Positions 39,055-47,491 are shown, counted from the first letter of the stretch. The stretch is 64,000 nt of DNA from an uncultured Candidatus Berkelbacteria bacterium (GCA_963698075.1 OY969116.1:542131-606130), one strand, 5' to 3'. A program made the numbers and translations. The notes: a model not told the origin generated them from the letters alone.

Positions 39055-39564
39055 TCATAAAAATAAGGTAACCGCGTAAACCACTATCGCCAACAAAATG
39101 CCGTAGATGAGAACTCTAATAGACAAATGAGTGTAAAATTTTTTGGGGGCATTAGAATATTTAGTCAGGTTATACGCCTCGGTAATATAGGCGTCAAAAG
39201 CACTCTGTTCATCGCTTAAGACGTCGTAAACCTCCTCGCTATATTCTGAAAATCCCTTACTGGCAATATAATCATGATAAAAAATGCTTTCTTTTTGACC
39301 TTTTTTGCTTAAAAATTTCGGTGGTTTTAAGGCCAAAATAGCGCAGAATAAAGAGATAAATAGAGCAACTAAAGCCACTGAAAAGGCAATGTTTTTGGCT
39401 AAATTGTCGTGGTAATTACTGATGACAAAGAGAATTAAGACCGAATCAAAACCAATAATAATATTGGCTCGCGTATCAAGCATGTTGCGGATCTCGTTTT
39501 GTTTGCGCATTAAATCTGCCAGTAATTTCTGTTTGGTTTCTTGTTCGAGTTGTTTGGCTGCCAA
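39055..39564 (-). CDS. Pycsar-effector-like (DUF5706) membrane protein
   Basis: D.RANIII TM, SLFCAILAL.P TM, SIFY..I, Y.L.....K...LS TM. Confidence 0.75.
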   Translation of the reverse strand: MAAKQLEQETKQKLLADLMRKQNEIRNMLDTRANIIIGFDSVLILFVISNYHDNLAKNIAFSVALVALFISLFCAILALKPPKFLSKKGQKESIFYHDYIASKGFSEYSEEVYDVLSDEQSAFDAYITEAYNLTKYSNAPKKFYTHLSIRVLIYGILLAIVVYAVTLFL

Positions 39565-39590
39565 TAATCCTCCTGTTTGATTATAACAGA

Positions 39591-41678
39591 TTATTTCGCC
39601 GCTTTAATACTTAGCGAAACGCGTCCCCTCTCCTTATCAATCTCCATCACTTTCACCTTGACCACTTGGCCGATTTTGAGATAGTCTTCAATGCGGTTGA
39701 CGCGCTCGGGGGCGATTTGGGAGATATGGACCATGCCGTCCTGGTTGGGCAAAATCTGGACAATCGCGCCGATTTCATTGCCGCGCATTCTATCTTTGAC
39801 AATCGAAGTCACCGGCCCCTCATAGATTTCCCCAATTTGGACTTCTTTGGTCATATTTTCAATCCATTGAATCGCTTTTTGGCCCATCGCCGAATCAGTG
39901 GAGGCCACCATCACGGTGCCGTCGTCTTCCAAATCAATCGAAGTTACTTCTTTGCCGCCACATTCTTCAATAATTTTGCGGATGGTTTTGCCGCCCGGAC
40001 CAATCACATCACCAATTTTATCCACCGGGATTTTGAGTGATTTGATTCGCGGCGCATAAACCGAAAGTTCTCCTCGTGGCGCCGCTAAAACTTTCTCAAT
40101 TTTATCCAAAATTTCATTGTTGGCTTTCCGGGCCTGGGCCAAGGCCTCCTCCAAGATTTCAGTTCTAAGACCTTTTAACTTGGTATCCAATTGAATCGCG
40201 GTGATGCCTTTGCGAGTGGCGGTGACTTTAAAATCCATGTCCCCGGCAAAATCCTCAATTCCTTGAATATCGGTCAGGATCTTGTATTTGTCATCTAAAC
40301 TCATCAGCCCAATGGCAATTCCCGCCACTGGCGCTGAAATCGGCACACCCGCATCCATCAAGGCCAAAGTTGAACCGCAAGTTGATGCCATTGAAGAGGA
40401 GCCATTTGAGGATAGAACTTCCGAAACCACCCGAATGGTATAGGGAAAATCATCCCGCGAGGGCATCACTGGTTTGAGCGCTCTTTCAGCCAAGGCGCCG
40501 TGACCGATTTCGCGCCGAGATGCCGTGCGCATCGGCCGAACTTCACCGGTGGAAAACGGCGGAAAATTATAGTGGTGCATATAGCGTTTGGTGCCTTCTT
40601 CCTCCATAGTTTCAATCACTTGCTCTTCGCCCGGCGCACCAAGCGTCACAATCGATAAGACTTGGGTTTGACCGCGCGTAAACAAGGCAGAGCCATGAGT
40701 GCGCGGCAAAAGCCCAACCTCAATATTGATCGGCCGAATTTCATCGATTTTTCGGCCGTCAGGCCGGACTTCTTTTTCAACAATTGCCTGACGGACCTCT
40801 TTTTCCAAAACTTGACCAAAAGCGCTTTTTAATTCAACTTGTTTGTAATTACCCTCAAAATTTTCCAAAACGTGTTTTTCAAATTCGGAAATCGCCTCGT
40901 CGCGCTTGGACTTATCCATTTCGTGAACCACTTTGTCAAGTTTTTTGCCCAAGTATTTTCTGACATCTTTGATAATTTCCGGCTCAACCTCCTCAACCGT
41001 CTGTTTATCCGCAGATTTGAATTCCCGCTGCAGCGTGATGGCGGGCCGGAGCGCTTCAAAACCGGCTTTGACCGCTTCGATTAAGGTTTTTTCTTCAATT
41101 TCTTGAGCACCCGCCTCAAGCATCATAATTTTATCGCCTGTGCCCGCGACCACCAGATCTAAAGTCGAATTCTCGAGTTCGGTTTGGGTCGGGTTAATAA
41201 CTAACTTGCCGTCAAGCAGACCAACGCGCACCGCTGCCACCGGGCCTTCAAAGGGAGCGTGCGACAAAGACAAGGCCGCGGAAGCGGCAATAATTGAAAT
41301 CACGTCTGGCTCATTTTCCAAATCAAAAGAAAGAACCGTAATCACGATTTGGACATCATTGTAATAACCCTTGGGAAACAAGGGTCGAATTGGCCGATCA
41401 ATTAAACGGCAAGCCAAAACCGCCCCTTCTGACGGTCGGCCTTCGCGTTTGATAAACCGGCTCCCAGAAATTTTTCCGGCCGCGTAGAGCCGCTCTTCGT
41501 AGTCAACTAATAATGGGAAAAAATCAATCTCTTCTTTTGGTTCTTCCGCCACTACAGCAGTGGCCAAAACCACGGTATCGCCGTAGCGAACCGTGACCGA
41601 CCCCGATGCCAGTTCTGCCAGTTTACCAGTGGAAATAATTAAATCTCGTCCCCCAATTTGTGTTTTGTACTCCTTCAT
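39591..41678 (-). CDS. pnp: Polyribonucleotide nucleotidyltransferase
   Basis: RREIGHG, SNGSSSMAS, DFAGDMDFK, KH (IGPGGKTI) and S1 domains. Confidence 0.99.
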   Translation of the reverse strand: MKEYKTQIGGRDLIISTGKLAELASGSVTVRYGDTVVLATAVVAEEPKEEIDFFPLLVDYEERLYAAGKISGSRFIKREGRPSEGAVLACRLIDRPIRPLFPKGYYNDVQIVITVLSFDLENEPDVISIIAASAALSLSHAPFEGPVAAVRVGLLDGKLVINPTQTELENSTLDLVVAGTGDKIMMLEAGAQEIEEKTLIEAVKAGFEALRPAITLQREFKSADKQTVEEVEPEIIKDVRKYLGKKLDKVVHEMDKSKRDEAISEFEKHVLENFEGNYKQVELKSAFGQVLEKEVRQAIVEKEVRPDGRKIDEIRPINIEVGLLPRTHGSALFTRGQTQVLSIVTLGAPGEEQVIETMEEEGTKRYMHHYNFPPFSTGEVRPMRTASRREIGHGALAERALKPVMPSRDDFPYTIRVVSEVLSSNGSSSMASTCGSTLALMDAGVPISAPVAGIAIGLMSLDDKYKILTDIQGIEDFAGDMDFKVTATRKGITAIQLDTKLKGLRTEILEEALAQARKANNEILDKIEKVLAAPRGELSVYAPRIKSLKIPVDKIGDVIGPGGKTIRKIIEECGGKEVTSIDLEDDGTVMVASTDSAMGQKAIQWIENMTKEVQIGEIYEGPVTSIVKDRMRGNEIGAIVQILPNQDGMVHISQIAPERVNRIEDYLKIGQVVKVKVMEIDKERGRVSLSIKAAK

Positions 41679-41680
41679 TT

Positions 41681-41770
41681 TGCCTTCTAGAAGGCAGAGA
41701 GCTGTAAAGCAAGTAACGAGATATCCTCCTTAGGATATATCCTTATTCGCCTTACTACTCTTACTGCCTT
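41681..41770 (-). promoter_or_regulatory. pnp leader with two mutually exclusive hairpins
   Basis: On the mRNA, UGCCUU can pair either with the upstream AAGGCA(G) (41764-41770) or with the RBS-containing AAGGCA (41681-41686). Confidence 0.55.
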
Positions 41771-41783
41771 AATATTATTTTAT

Positions 41784-42035
41784 TTATTTTTTAAGTCCCA
41801 AGTCTTTAATCAATTTCTCGTAAATCTTGGGGTCATTTTTCTTAAGGTAGTTTAACAATCTTCGGCGCTTGCCGACCATGATCAGCAAGCCCCGGCGCGA
41901 ATCAGAGTCTTTGGCATGTTTTTTTAAGTGTTTGGCCAATTCTTTGATTTTTAGCGTCAATAAAACCGCCTGAACCTCCGCCGACCCAGTATCTTTCTTA
42001 TGCGTTTGATACTTTTTAACCAAGTCTATAGTCAT
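41784..42035 (-). CDS. rpsO: 30S ribosomal protein S15
   Basis: DTGSAEVQ, H.KD.DSRRGL..MVGKRRRLLNYL. Confidence 0.98.
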   Translation of the reverse strand: MTIDLVKKYQTHKKDTGSAEVQAVLLTLKIKELAKHLKKHAKDSDSRRGLLIMVGKRRRLLNYLKKNDPKIYEKLIKDLGLKK

Positions 42036-42213
42036 CTTCTTCCTCTTAAAAAGTAGGCATTCTATTTTTTGACCAGATTTACAGTAGTCATATTCCTTTC
42101 AAAAAATAGCATTTTACTTGTATCATGCCCGCAGGGCATGTAGTTTTGCCATAATTCCTTTTTATTCTAACATACCCTGATATTTTTGACAATATCCAAA
42201 CGATAATCCTTGG

Positions 42214-42984
42214 TTATAAAACCTTTGGTTTTTTAGAACAGGCGAGCCACAAAAATTGATACATCACGCGCATCGTATCAGCAATCGCTTTGTTTTCTAA
42301 TATTGTCCCAGCAACGGGTTCTTCGAAAGCAAGAAGGGCAACTTTATTTCCGTAAATGATCATGGCCGATTTTAACTCAATTTTTTCAGGCAGGAATCGA
42401 AACTCTCGGAAGCCTGTATCTTCTAATCTCCATAACCTTTGCGCAAGTGGGTGCGGATCGCTAATAATAAAAGATTTTGTCTTACCAAACTGTCTTCTTT
42501 TTTTAGAAAAACGATCTAAAAGATCTTGGAAATCCAAATATTTTAATGCCGAACCAAATGAGCCAAACCAATATGGATCTTTTTTCTCTTTCAAAATGTC
42601 TTCAAAAATATGCCAGACATTATCTTTGCCTTCATAAAAACTAACGCTTGACCGATGAGGAAATTCATGAATCAGAGCCTTGAGCTGTGGGACGATCTCA
42701 CTGGCAATTAATTCTTTGTTTTTGAGATCTGATTTTTCTCTCGCTAAAATATCAAAAAAATGTTCTGGTTCCTCAGCTTCGACTGTCTTTTTGTTGCCGA
42801 CGATTTTCTGGTGAAGGAGGCCTCTTTCTATCAAATGATCGATCGCGTAATAGGAAGTGCTTCTTTTTACACCCGCTGCTTTAGCTAAAATTCGAACACC
42901 TGAAGGTCCAATCTTCAGGGACGTTCGGTAAATTGCTTCTTCAGTTTTTGTTAATCCAAAAGGAGATAAATTAATTTCTCTCAT
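42214..42984 (-). CDS. TrmB-like transcriptional regulator
   Basis: GLTKTEEAIY, LAKAAGVKRSTSY, FYEGK, IYGNKVA, FLW. Confidence 0.92.
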   Translation of the reverse strand: MREINLSPFGLTKTEEAIYRTSLKIGPSGVRILAKAAGVKRSTSYYAIDHLIERGLLHQKIVGNKKTVEAEEPEHFFDILAREKSDLKNKELIASEIVPQLKALIHEFPHRSSVSFYEGKDNVWHIFEDILKEKKDPYWFGSFGSALKYLDFQDLLDRFSKKRRQFGKTKSFIISDPHPLAQRLWRLEDTGFREFRFLPEKIELKSAMIIYGNKVALLAFEEPVAGTILENKAIADTMRVMYQFLWLACSKKPKVL

Positions 42985-43084
42985 TTTGTCCTTTGTCTAC
43001 TATATTCGACAACATCTATATTCTATAATATATGGCTATTTAATGTCAAGTGTCCCTGCATGTAAAGTGATTGTCCAATGACTA

Positions 43085-43113
43085 TTGACAAACAGAATAA
43101 AATCTGTTATAAT
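43085..43113 (+). promoter_or_regulatory. Consensus sigma70 promoter overlapped by palindromes
   Basis: TTGACA-N17-TATAAT; TGTC-N11-GACA over the -35 and AACAGA/TCTGTT in the spacer. Confidence 0.9.
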
Positions 43114-43139
43114 AACTTGTTTGAACCTTAACAAGGGAG

Positions 43140-44117
43140 GTGACAAAGGTGTCACAGATAAACCCGATAGACGCGGGAATGGCGTTCATGCTGTCCCAAA
43201 AAGATGAAGATGGCTTTTGGCGTGAATTCGGCCAGCTTCGCCACGGGCCGTCTACTGCCTGGGCCAGCGCCTATATTGGCCGGTTGCTCCTACCTATCCT
43301 CAAGGCCAGAGGGCAGGCTCAAGTTCTGGACTCCACGCTTGGGGCGATTATCTCCAGTCAGAATCAGGACGGCGGTTTTTCCTACAATGAGTATGTCCCT
43401 TCTGACGCCGATTCTACCGCCAATGTCCTTCTTCTGGCTCAAGCGCTCGGAATTACGATCGAGGGCGCCGAACGAGCACTGTTGGGTCATCAACAGCCAG
43501 ACAATGGATTTTCGACTTACACGCCCGGGCACTTCGCGAGCATCCATCCGGACATGATCGCTGTTCTGCAATGCGAAGAGTGTCTGACGGACTACTGTTC
43601 GGGGAATTCCTGCCCCCTCTTCCCTGGAAGAGGCTGGTGTAGCTCCCATGTCTGCGTGACTGCTGTTGCTGCACAGGCATTAACTGACCGCCAGGCGAAA
43701 GCGGGTGTCTTGAAGTTCCTAACCGCCAAACAGCTCAGCTCGGGTCTCTGGCCGGCTTACTGGTGGATAGGACAAAACTACAGCACCCTCCAAGCGATCA
43801 AGGCGCTGGGTAAAGACAGGATGCCAAATCTGGAAACGCTGGTCGCCGGTCTAAAGAGGTCGGGTGTCCAGAACATTTTTTCGGTGGCTCTGGCAATCGA
43901 GGGGTTACTTCTGCTTGGTACCAGGCCTCCTGATCAGTTCGGCGACTGGTTGATAAGGAACCAATGCCCAGACGGCGGTTGGCCTTCTTCGCCGGTACTC
44001 CGCATTCCCAGACCGGATATGGAAAATCCGGAGGAAGCCAACGAGGTTCTGTTCGATCAGCACCGTCTTTTCTCAACAGTTCAGGCTGTCCATTCACTCT
44101 ATCTCTCAGGGAGGTGA
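43140..44117 (+). CDS. Prenyltransferase/squalene-cyclase repeat protein (single alpha/alpha barrel)
   Basis: QW-type repeats QNQDGGF, QQPDNGF, QLSSGLW, QCPDGGW; DADSTA motif. Confidence 0.85.
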   Translation: MTKVSQINPIDAGMAFMLSQKDEDGFWREFGQLRHGPSTAWASAYIGRLLLPILKARGQAQVLDSTLGAIISSQNQDGGFSYNEYVPSDADSTANVLLLAQALGITIEGAERALLGHQQPDNGFSTYTPGHFASIHPDMIAVLQCEECLTDYCSGNSCPLFPGRGWCSSHVCVTAVAAQALTDRQAKAGVLKFLTAKQLSSGLWPAYWWIGQNYSTLQAIKALGKDRMPNLETLVAGLKRSGVQNIFSVALAIEGLLLLGTRPPDQFGDWLIRNQCPDGGWPSSPVLRIPRPDMENPEEANEVLFDQHRLFSTVQAVHSLYLSGR

Positions 44118-44122
44118 GGAAA

Positions 44123-44290
44123 ATGTGGTGGCATTACCTTCTGTATCCAGCAAACCTAATCGTAGCCACTATTCTCGCGGGCTATCTGCTATTCTGGGGC
44201 GGCAGAAACCCAGCGAAAAGATGGCCCGTCGGACTGCTGGCGATAGTCATTCTCGCCACCGCCTTTCTATCAGGATTACTCTACCGGTAG
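44123..44290 (+). CDS. Small 2-TM protein
   Basis: GAGG RBS; MWWHYLLYPANLIVATILAGYLLFW...; followed by a terminator. Confidence 0.7.
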   Translation: MWWHYLLYPANLIVATILAGYLLFWGGRNPAKRWPVGLLAIVILATAFLSGLLYR

Positions 44291-44368
44291 CCGTCAGAGC
44301 GAGCAACACAAAAGCCTGCTTAACCACAGCAGGCTTTCTCGTAATAAAAAATAGCTTATAAGTCCGAG

Positions 44369-45523
44369 TTACGCAATTTTACTTCTCTGAAACTCGCGGA
44401 TTTTCCCCAAAATCTCTTCTTCATTCGTCGCTAAACTTGCACCAGAGAGCTGAAACCCGGCGGCCCCCTCATGGCCGCCACCACCAAAAAGCTTGGCGAC
44501 GGCCGAAACATCAGTTCCTGGAACGACCGCCCGCAGCGATCCATCCAATTCCCCTGCCTTCTCCGCCAAAAGCAAAACAAAATCAATGTTAGGGGCACTT
44601 TTTAGGAGTTCGTCGATAACGCCGCTGGTCTCCGATTCTTGAGCTCCGGATGAGAGAAAGTCATCTTGGGAGATTTTGGCCCAAAGAAAACGGCTTTCCG
44701 GATCAAGTCGCACCGATTCCAAAATCCTTCCCCAAAGTTTCAGGGTTGACAAAGGTTTCGTCTTAAAAACATGACGAATAATTTCTTGCTGACGACCGCC
44801 AGCAGCCACCAATTGCGCCGCAACCGTCAAAGATTTCGGGGTGGTATTAGCGTTTTGAAAACTGCCAGTATCAGTTATAATCCCAGTCAAAAGAGCGGTG
44901 GCAATATCTTCATCAATTAATGGTCTTTCTCGCGCCAAAGATTCAATCAAAGAAACCAAAATTTCCGCTGAAGAAGTCGCGGTCAAATCAACCCAGTTGA
45001 TTTTGCCAAAAAAATCATTGCCAGCATGGTGGTCAATATTGATCACCGGCGTTTCGTAAAAAAGCGAGCTTTGGCCATCGTAGAGAGGTCCCAGACGTTC
45101 CAAATCGGGCGAATCGAGGACGATGATCAAATCAAATTTAAATGCGCCGTATGAGAAAGAAACGTCTTCATTGCGAAAAGTCCCTCCCAAGGGGGTGATG
45201 ACAATATTGAGTTTATTTTCTTCGGGCAAATGTTTATAACCCAACCGATCAACTTGAGTCCTGGAGGTATCAATGGTAATAATAAAATCCTTGGTGCCAG
45301 AAAAGCCCTTGGTCAAGTCAGCCGCGTGCGGCAAAAAACTAAAAGCTCCCGGAATAACTTCCGGCGCCACGGCCGTGACATCTTTACCTAATTTTTTGAG
45401 GACCAAATATAAGGCGATGAGCGATCCCAAAGCGTCGCCATCGGGATTAACGTGGGTTAAAACTAAAATTTTCTGGGCGGCGCTGATGGTTTGAGTTGTT
45501 TGTTGTTTGGGAGTAAGTTCCAT
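44369..45523 (-). CDS. DHH-family phosphoesterase (NrnA-like)
   Basis: H.NPDGDALGS, NIDHH, TDTGSF, GGGH..AAG. Confidence 0.95.
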   Translation of the reverse strand: MELTPKQQTTQTISAAQKILVLTHVNPDGDALGSLIALYLVLKKLGKDVTAVAPEVIPGAFSFLPHAADLTKGFSGTKDFIITIDTSRTQVDRLGYKHLPEENKLNIVITPLGGTFRNEDVSFSYGAFKFDLIIVLDSPDLERLGPLYDGQSSLFYETPVINIDHHAGNDFFGKINWVDLTATSSAEILVSLIESLARERPLIDEDIATALLTGIITDTGSFQNANTTPKSLTVAAQLVAAGGRQQEIIRHVFKTKPLSTLKLWGRILESVRLDPESRFLWAKISQDDFLSSGAQESETSGVIDELLKSAPNIDFVLLLAEKAGELDGSLRAVVPGTDVSAVAKLFGGGGHEGAAGFQLSGASLATNEEEILGKIREFQRSKIA

Positions 45524-45532
45524 ATATTCTTC

Positions 45533-45607
45533 CACTAATTTTATTCGCTAATCTACGCTAATTTCTTGATTCGCGTTAATTCGCTTAAAAAAATTCGCGG
45601 ATAGCTC
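45533..45607. repeat. Gene-less family-H4 inverted micro-repeat element
   Basis: CACTAATT..CGCTAATC..CGCTAATT / GATTCGCGTTAATTCGCTT-A7-TTCGCGGATAGCTC. Confidence 0.75.
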
Positions 45608-45672
45608 ACTATCATAACAAATTGGCGAAACTAATGTCAATACTCTATATTACGATGTGCTACGATTAAAAC

Positions 45673-46116
45673 ATGCGTATCGAAATTGATCAGAGCGGAA
45701 GAATTGAATATACCAGTAAGCCAACGGTTATTGCCTTTGCCAACAGCAAAACATGTTCAATTATTTTCTTATCTCGTGATAAAAAATATTTACAAAAAAT
45801 CTTCAGAAAAGCTGGTGTACCGAATTTGTTCATAAATAAAACTTTCGCCATCTTGATATTTCTTCTCATCAAAGATTTTCTCAAATCGATTGATCAAATT
45901 ATTATTGATCACGAATATCTTGGTCATGATAAAGTTATTAAGCAATTTTTGCTTGAGTTCTTGCGCCGTCATAAGAAAAATTTTGATTCCCACGATATTT
46001 CTTTCCGCTATATTGGCAAAAAATCATCTGCCCATCGCATTGCTATCGAGGCTTACAGAACCAAGAGAGCAGATAGAAAAATAACCATCAAAGATATTCT
46101 CAAAATTGCATTTTAA
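45673..46116 (+). CDS. DUF3800-like (RNase H-fold-like) protein
   Basis: N-terminal IEIDQSG resembles the DUF3800 IDESG motif; second strand IIIDHEY; apparently leaderless (TGCTACGAT just upstream). Confidence 0.6.
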   Translation: MRIEIDQSGRIEYTSKPTVIAFANSKTCSIIFLSRDKKYLQKIFRKAGVPNLFINKTFAILIFLLIKDFLKSIDQIIIDHEYLGHDKVIKQFLLEFLRRHKKNFDSHDISFRYIGKKSSAHRIAIEAYRTKRADRKITIKDILKIAF

Positions 46117-46138
46117 TAATGCAGCTACATTAGCATCA

Positions 46139-46202
46139 TAAAAAATCGGGGAACGCTTAAGTGCAATTCTCTGTCTTGCAGTTCGGCGTCCTACCCGATC
46201 TT
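46139..46202 (-). ncRNA. Candidate small hairpin RNA convergent on the DUF3800-like gene
   Basis: TTGACA-N18-TACAAT at 46238-46209; stems AUCGGG/CCCGAU, GGACGC/GCGUUC, UGCAA/UUGCA; U-tract. Confidence 0.65.
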
Positions 46203-46317
46203 GATTAGATTGTACTATGACGTGAGACCGTTTGTCAAGGGTCGGTATTCTAAAAGGATAACAAAAAAAGAGGCCGGTTTCCCGACCCCTGTGCGTCTAC
46301 TGCCAAGGCTTTAGCTA

Positions 46318-46725
46318 TCACCAGGGATCTTGGCCCCATCTCTGCCAATTGGGAGGTAATTCTTGGTTAGCTAGCTTTGCCATCATCTCTTCTATTTCGG
46401 CGGGCAACTTGTAGTACTTAGCGATTTCTTCCAGTGTCTCCCTACAAGCGAAAGCGATGTCACGGCTTGAACCCCGCACGCCGCTGACGGGATGGCGAAT
46501 ACAATAGACATGATGACTCATCATTTTGTCGGCCATCTTCTCGACAAAGACCTGCAAACCCTCAGGCAGTTCAACGGGTTCGATGCTGCCGAGTTGGATA
46601 TCAACACTACCGCAGGCAGGACAGCGGAGAACTCTGACCTGGGCGACTTCAACTTCTGCCGACCGAGCCAGAATCTCACCGGCCTCACGACGAGGAAATT
46701 CATGCTTACAGTTATTACAGAGCAT
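46318..46725 (-). CDS. Zinc-ribbon hypothetical protein
   Basis: CNNC...CPACGS; AGGAG RBS; own promoter and terminator. Confidence 0.75.
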   Translation of the reverse strand: MLCNNCKHEFPRREAGEILARSAEVEVAQVRVLRCPACGSVDIQLGSIEPVELPEGLQVFVEKMADKMMSHHVYCIRHPVSGVRGSSRDIAFACRETLEEIAKYYKLPAEIEEMMAKLANQELPPNWQRWGQDPW

Positions 46726-46802
46726 TTGCGTGCCTCTCCTCTCTGTCCGACCATAGTATATTAGCACATAGGAGAGAAGTTGTCAATAATAGAACAATAA
46801 TC

Positions 46803-47491
46803 CTTTACAAATTTCCCCTTATTCCCGACCTCGCAGGTCTACTCTTTCAATTTGGCATAGTTTTGTGCCTAACCGATTTGCCCTCACTTACGAAGTGAGT
46901 GCTAACTGGGTCAAAGTTAATATATAATCAAATTGGATCGGTCGATGAATTTTTATTATATTTTTCCTCTATAGCTGGCAAGAGTTTGTAAGTTTTTTGT
47001 GAGAAGAATTTGGATACGAAAAAGGGGCCGGTAAGCCGGCACCCTTGTTTAGTATGCTGTATTGTGGGTTACGGATTCTTCACCGCTTTTCAAACGTGAC
47101 TAAAAGGGCCAAAGCGACGTTTATCGCTGTAAAAAATCCAGCGGTTAAAAACAATAAAGACTGGATGATCTGGTGGTGACTTAGTCCCAAAACAACCAGA
47201 TATATCAGAACGTTGACCGTTGCTAGAATAAAGATGGTTCGATCGGCAAAAAGCCTAAGTACCGAGAGTGGCCCGGCTGCTCTTTGTCGCTTTCTGACCA
47301 CAATGCAGGCCAACACCGCATTCAGCACCATCGAAATTACAATACTGGTCACCAAAGCACGATGAATCAAATCGTTCAGTGACTGGATGTCGGGCATCTC
47401 TTTGCCTCCTGTTGCGCCTTGGTCAACTTGATAACATAACACTTTTCAATGGCTTTGTCAATGCATTAAATCTTTACAAATTTCCCCTTAT
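46803..47491. repeat. 20-bp perfect direct repeats (46803-46822 and 47472-47491) bracketing a one-gene cassette
   Basis: CTTTACAAATTTCCCCTTAT at both ends. Confidence 0.9.
47080..47397 (-). CDS. Small 3-TM membrane protein
   Basis: AGGAGG RBS; three hydrophobic helices; own terminator. Confidence 0.75.
   Translation of the reverse strand: MPDIQSLNDLIHRALVTSIVISMVLNAVLACIVVRKRQRAAGPLSVLRLFADRTIFILATVNVLIYLVVLGLSHHQIIQSLLFLTAGFFTAINVALALLVTFEKR

Noticed and set aside
42046-42060. ATGCCTACT(T/C)TT shared between the rpsO leader and the udg start
   Set aside because: The match is about 10 bp, within chance expectation.
46145-46200. CCTACCCGAT as a group II intron domain VI end
   Set aside because: No domain V or reverse transcriptase is nearby; the promoter and U-tract fit a minus-strand small RNA better.
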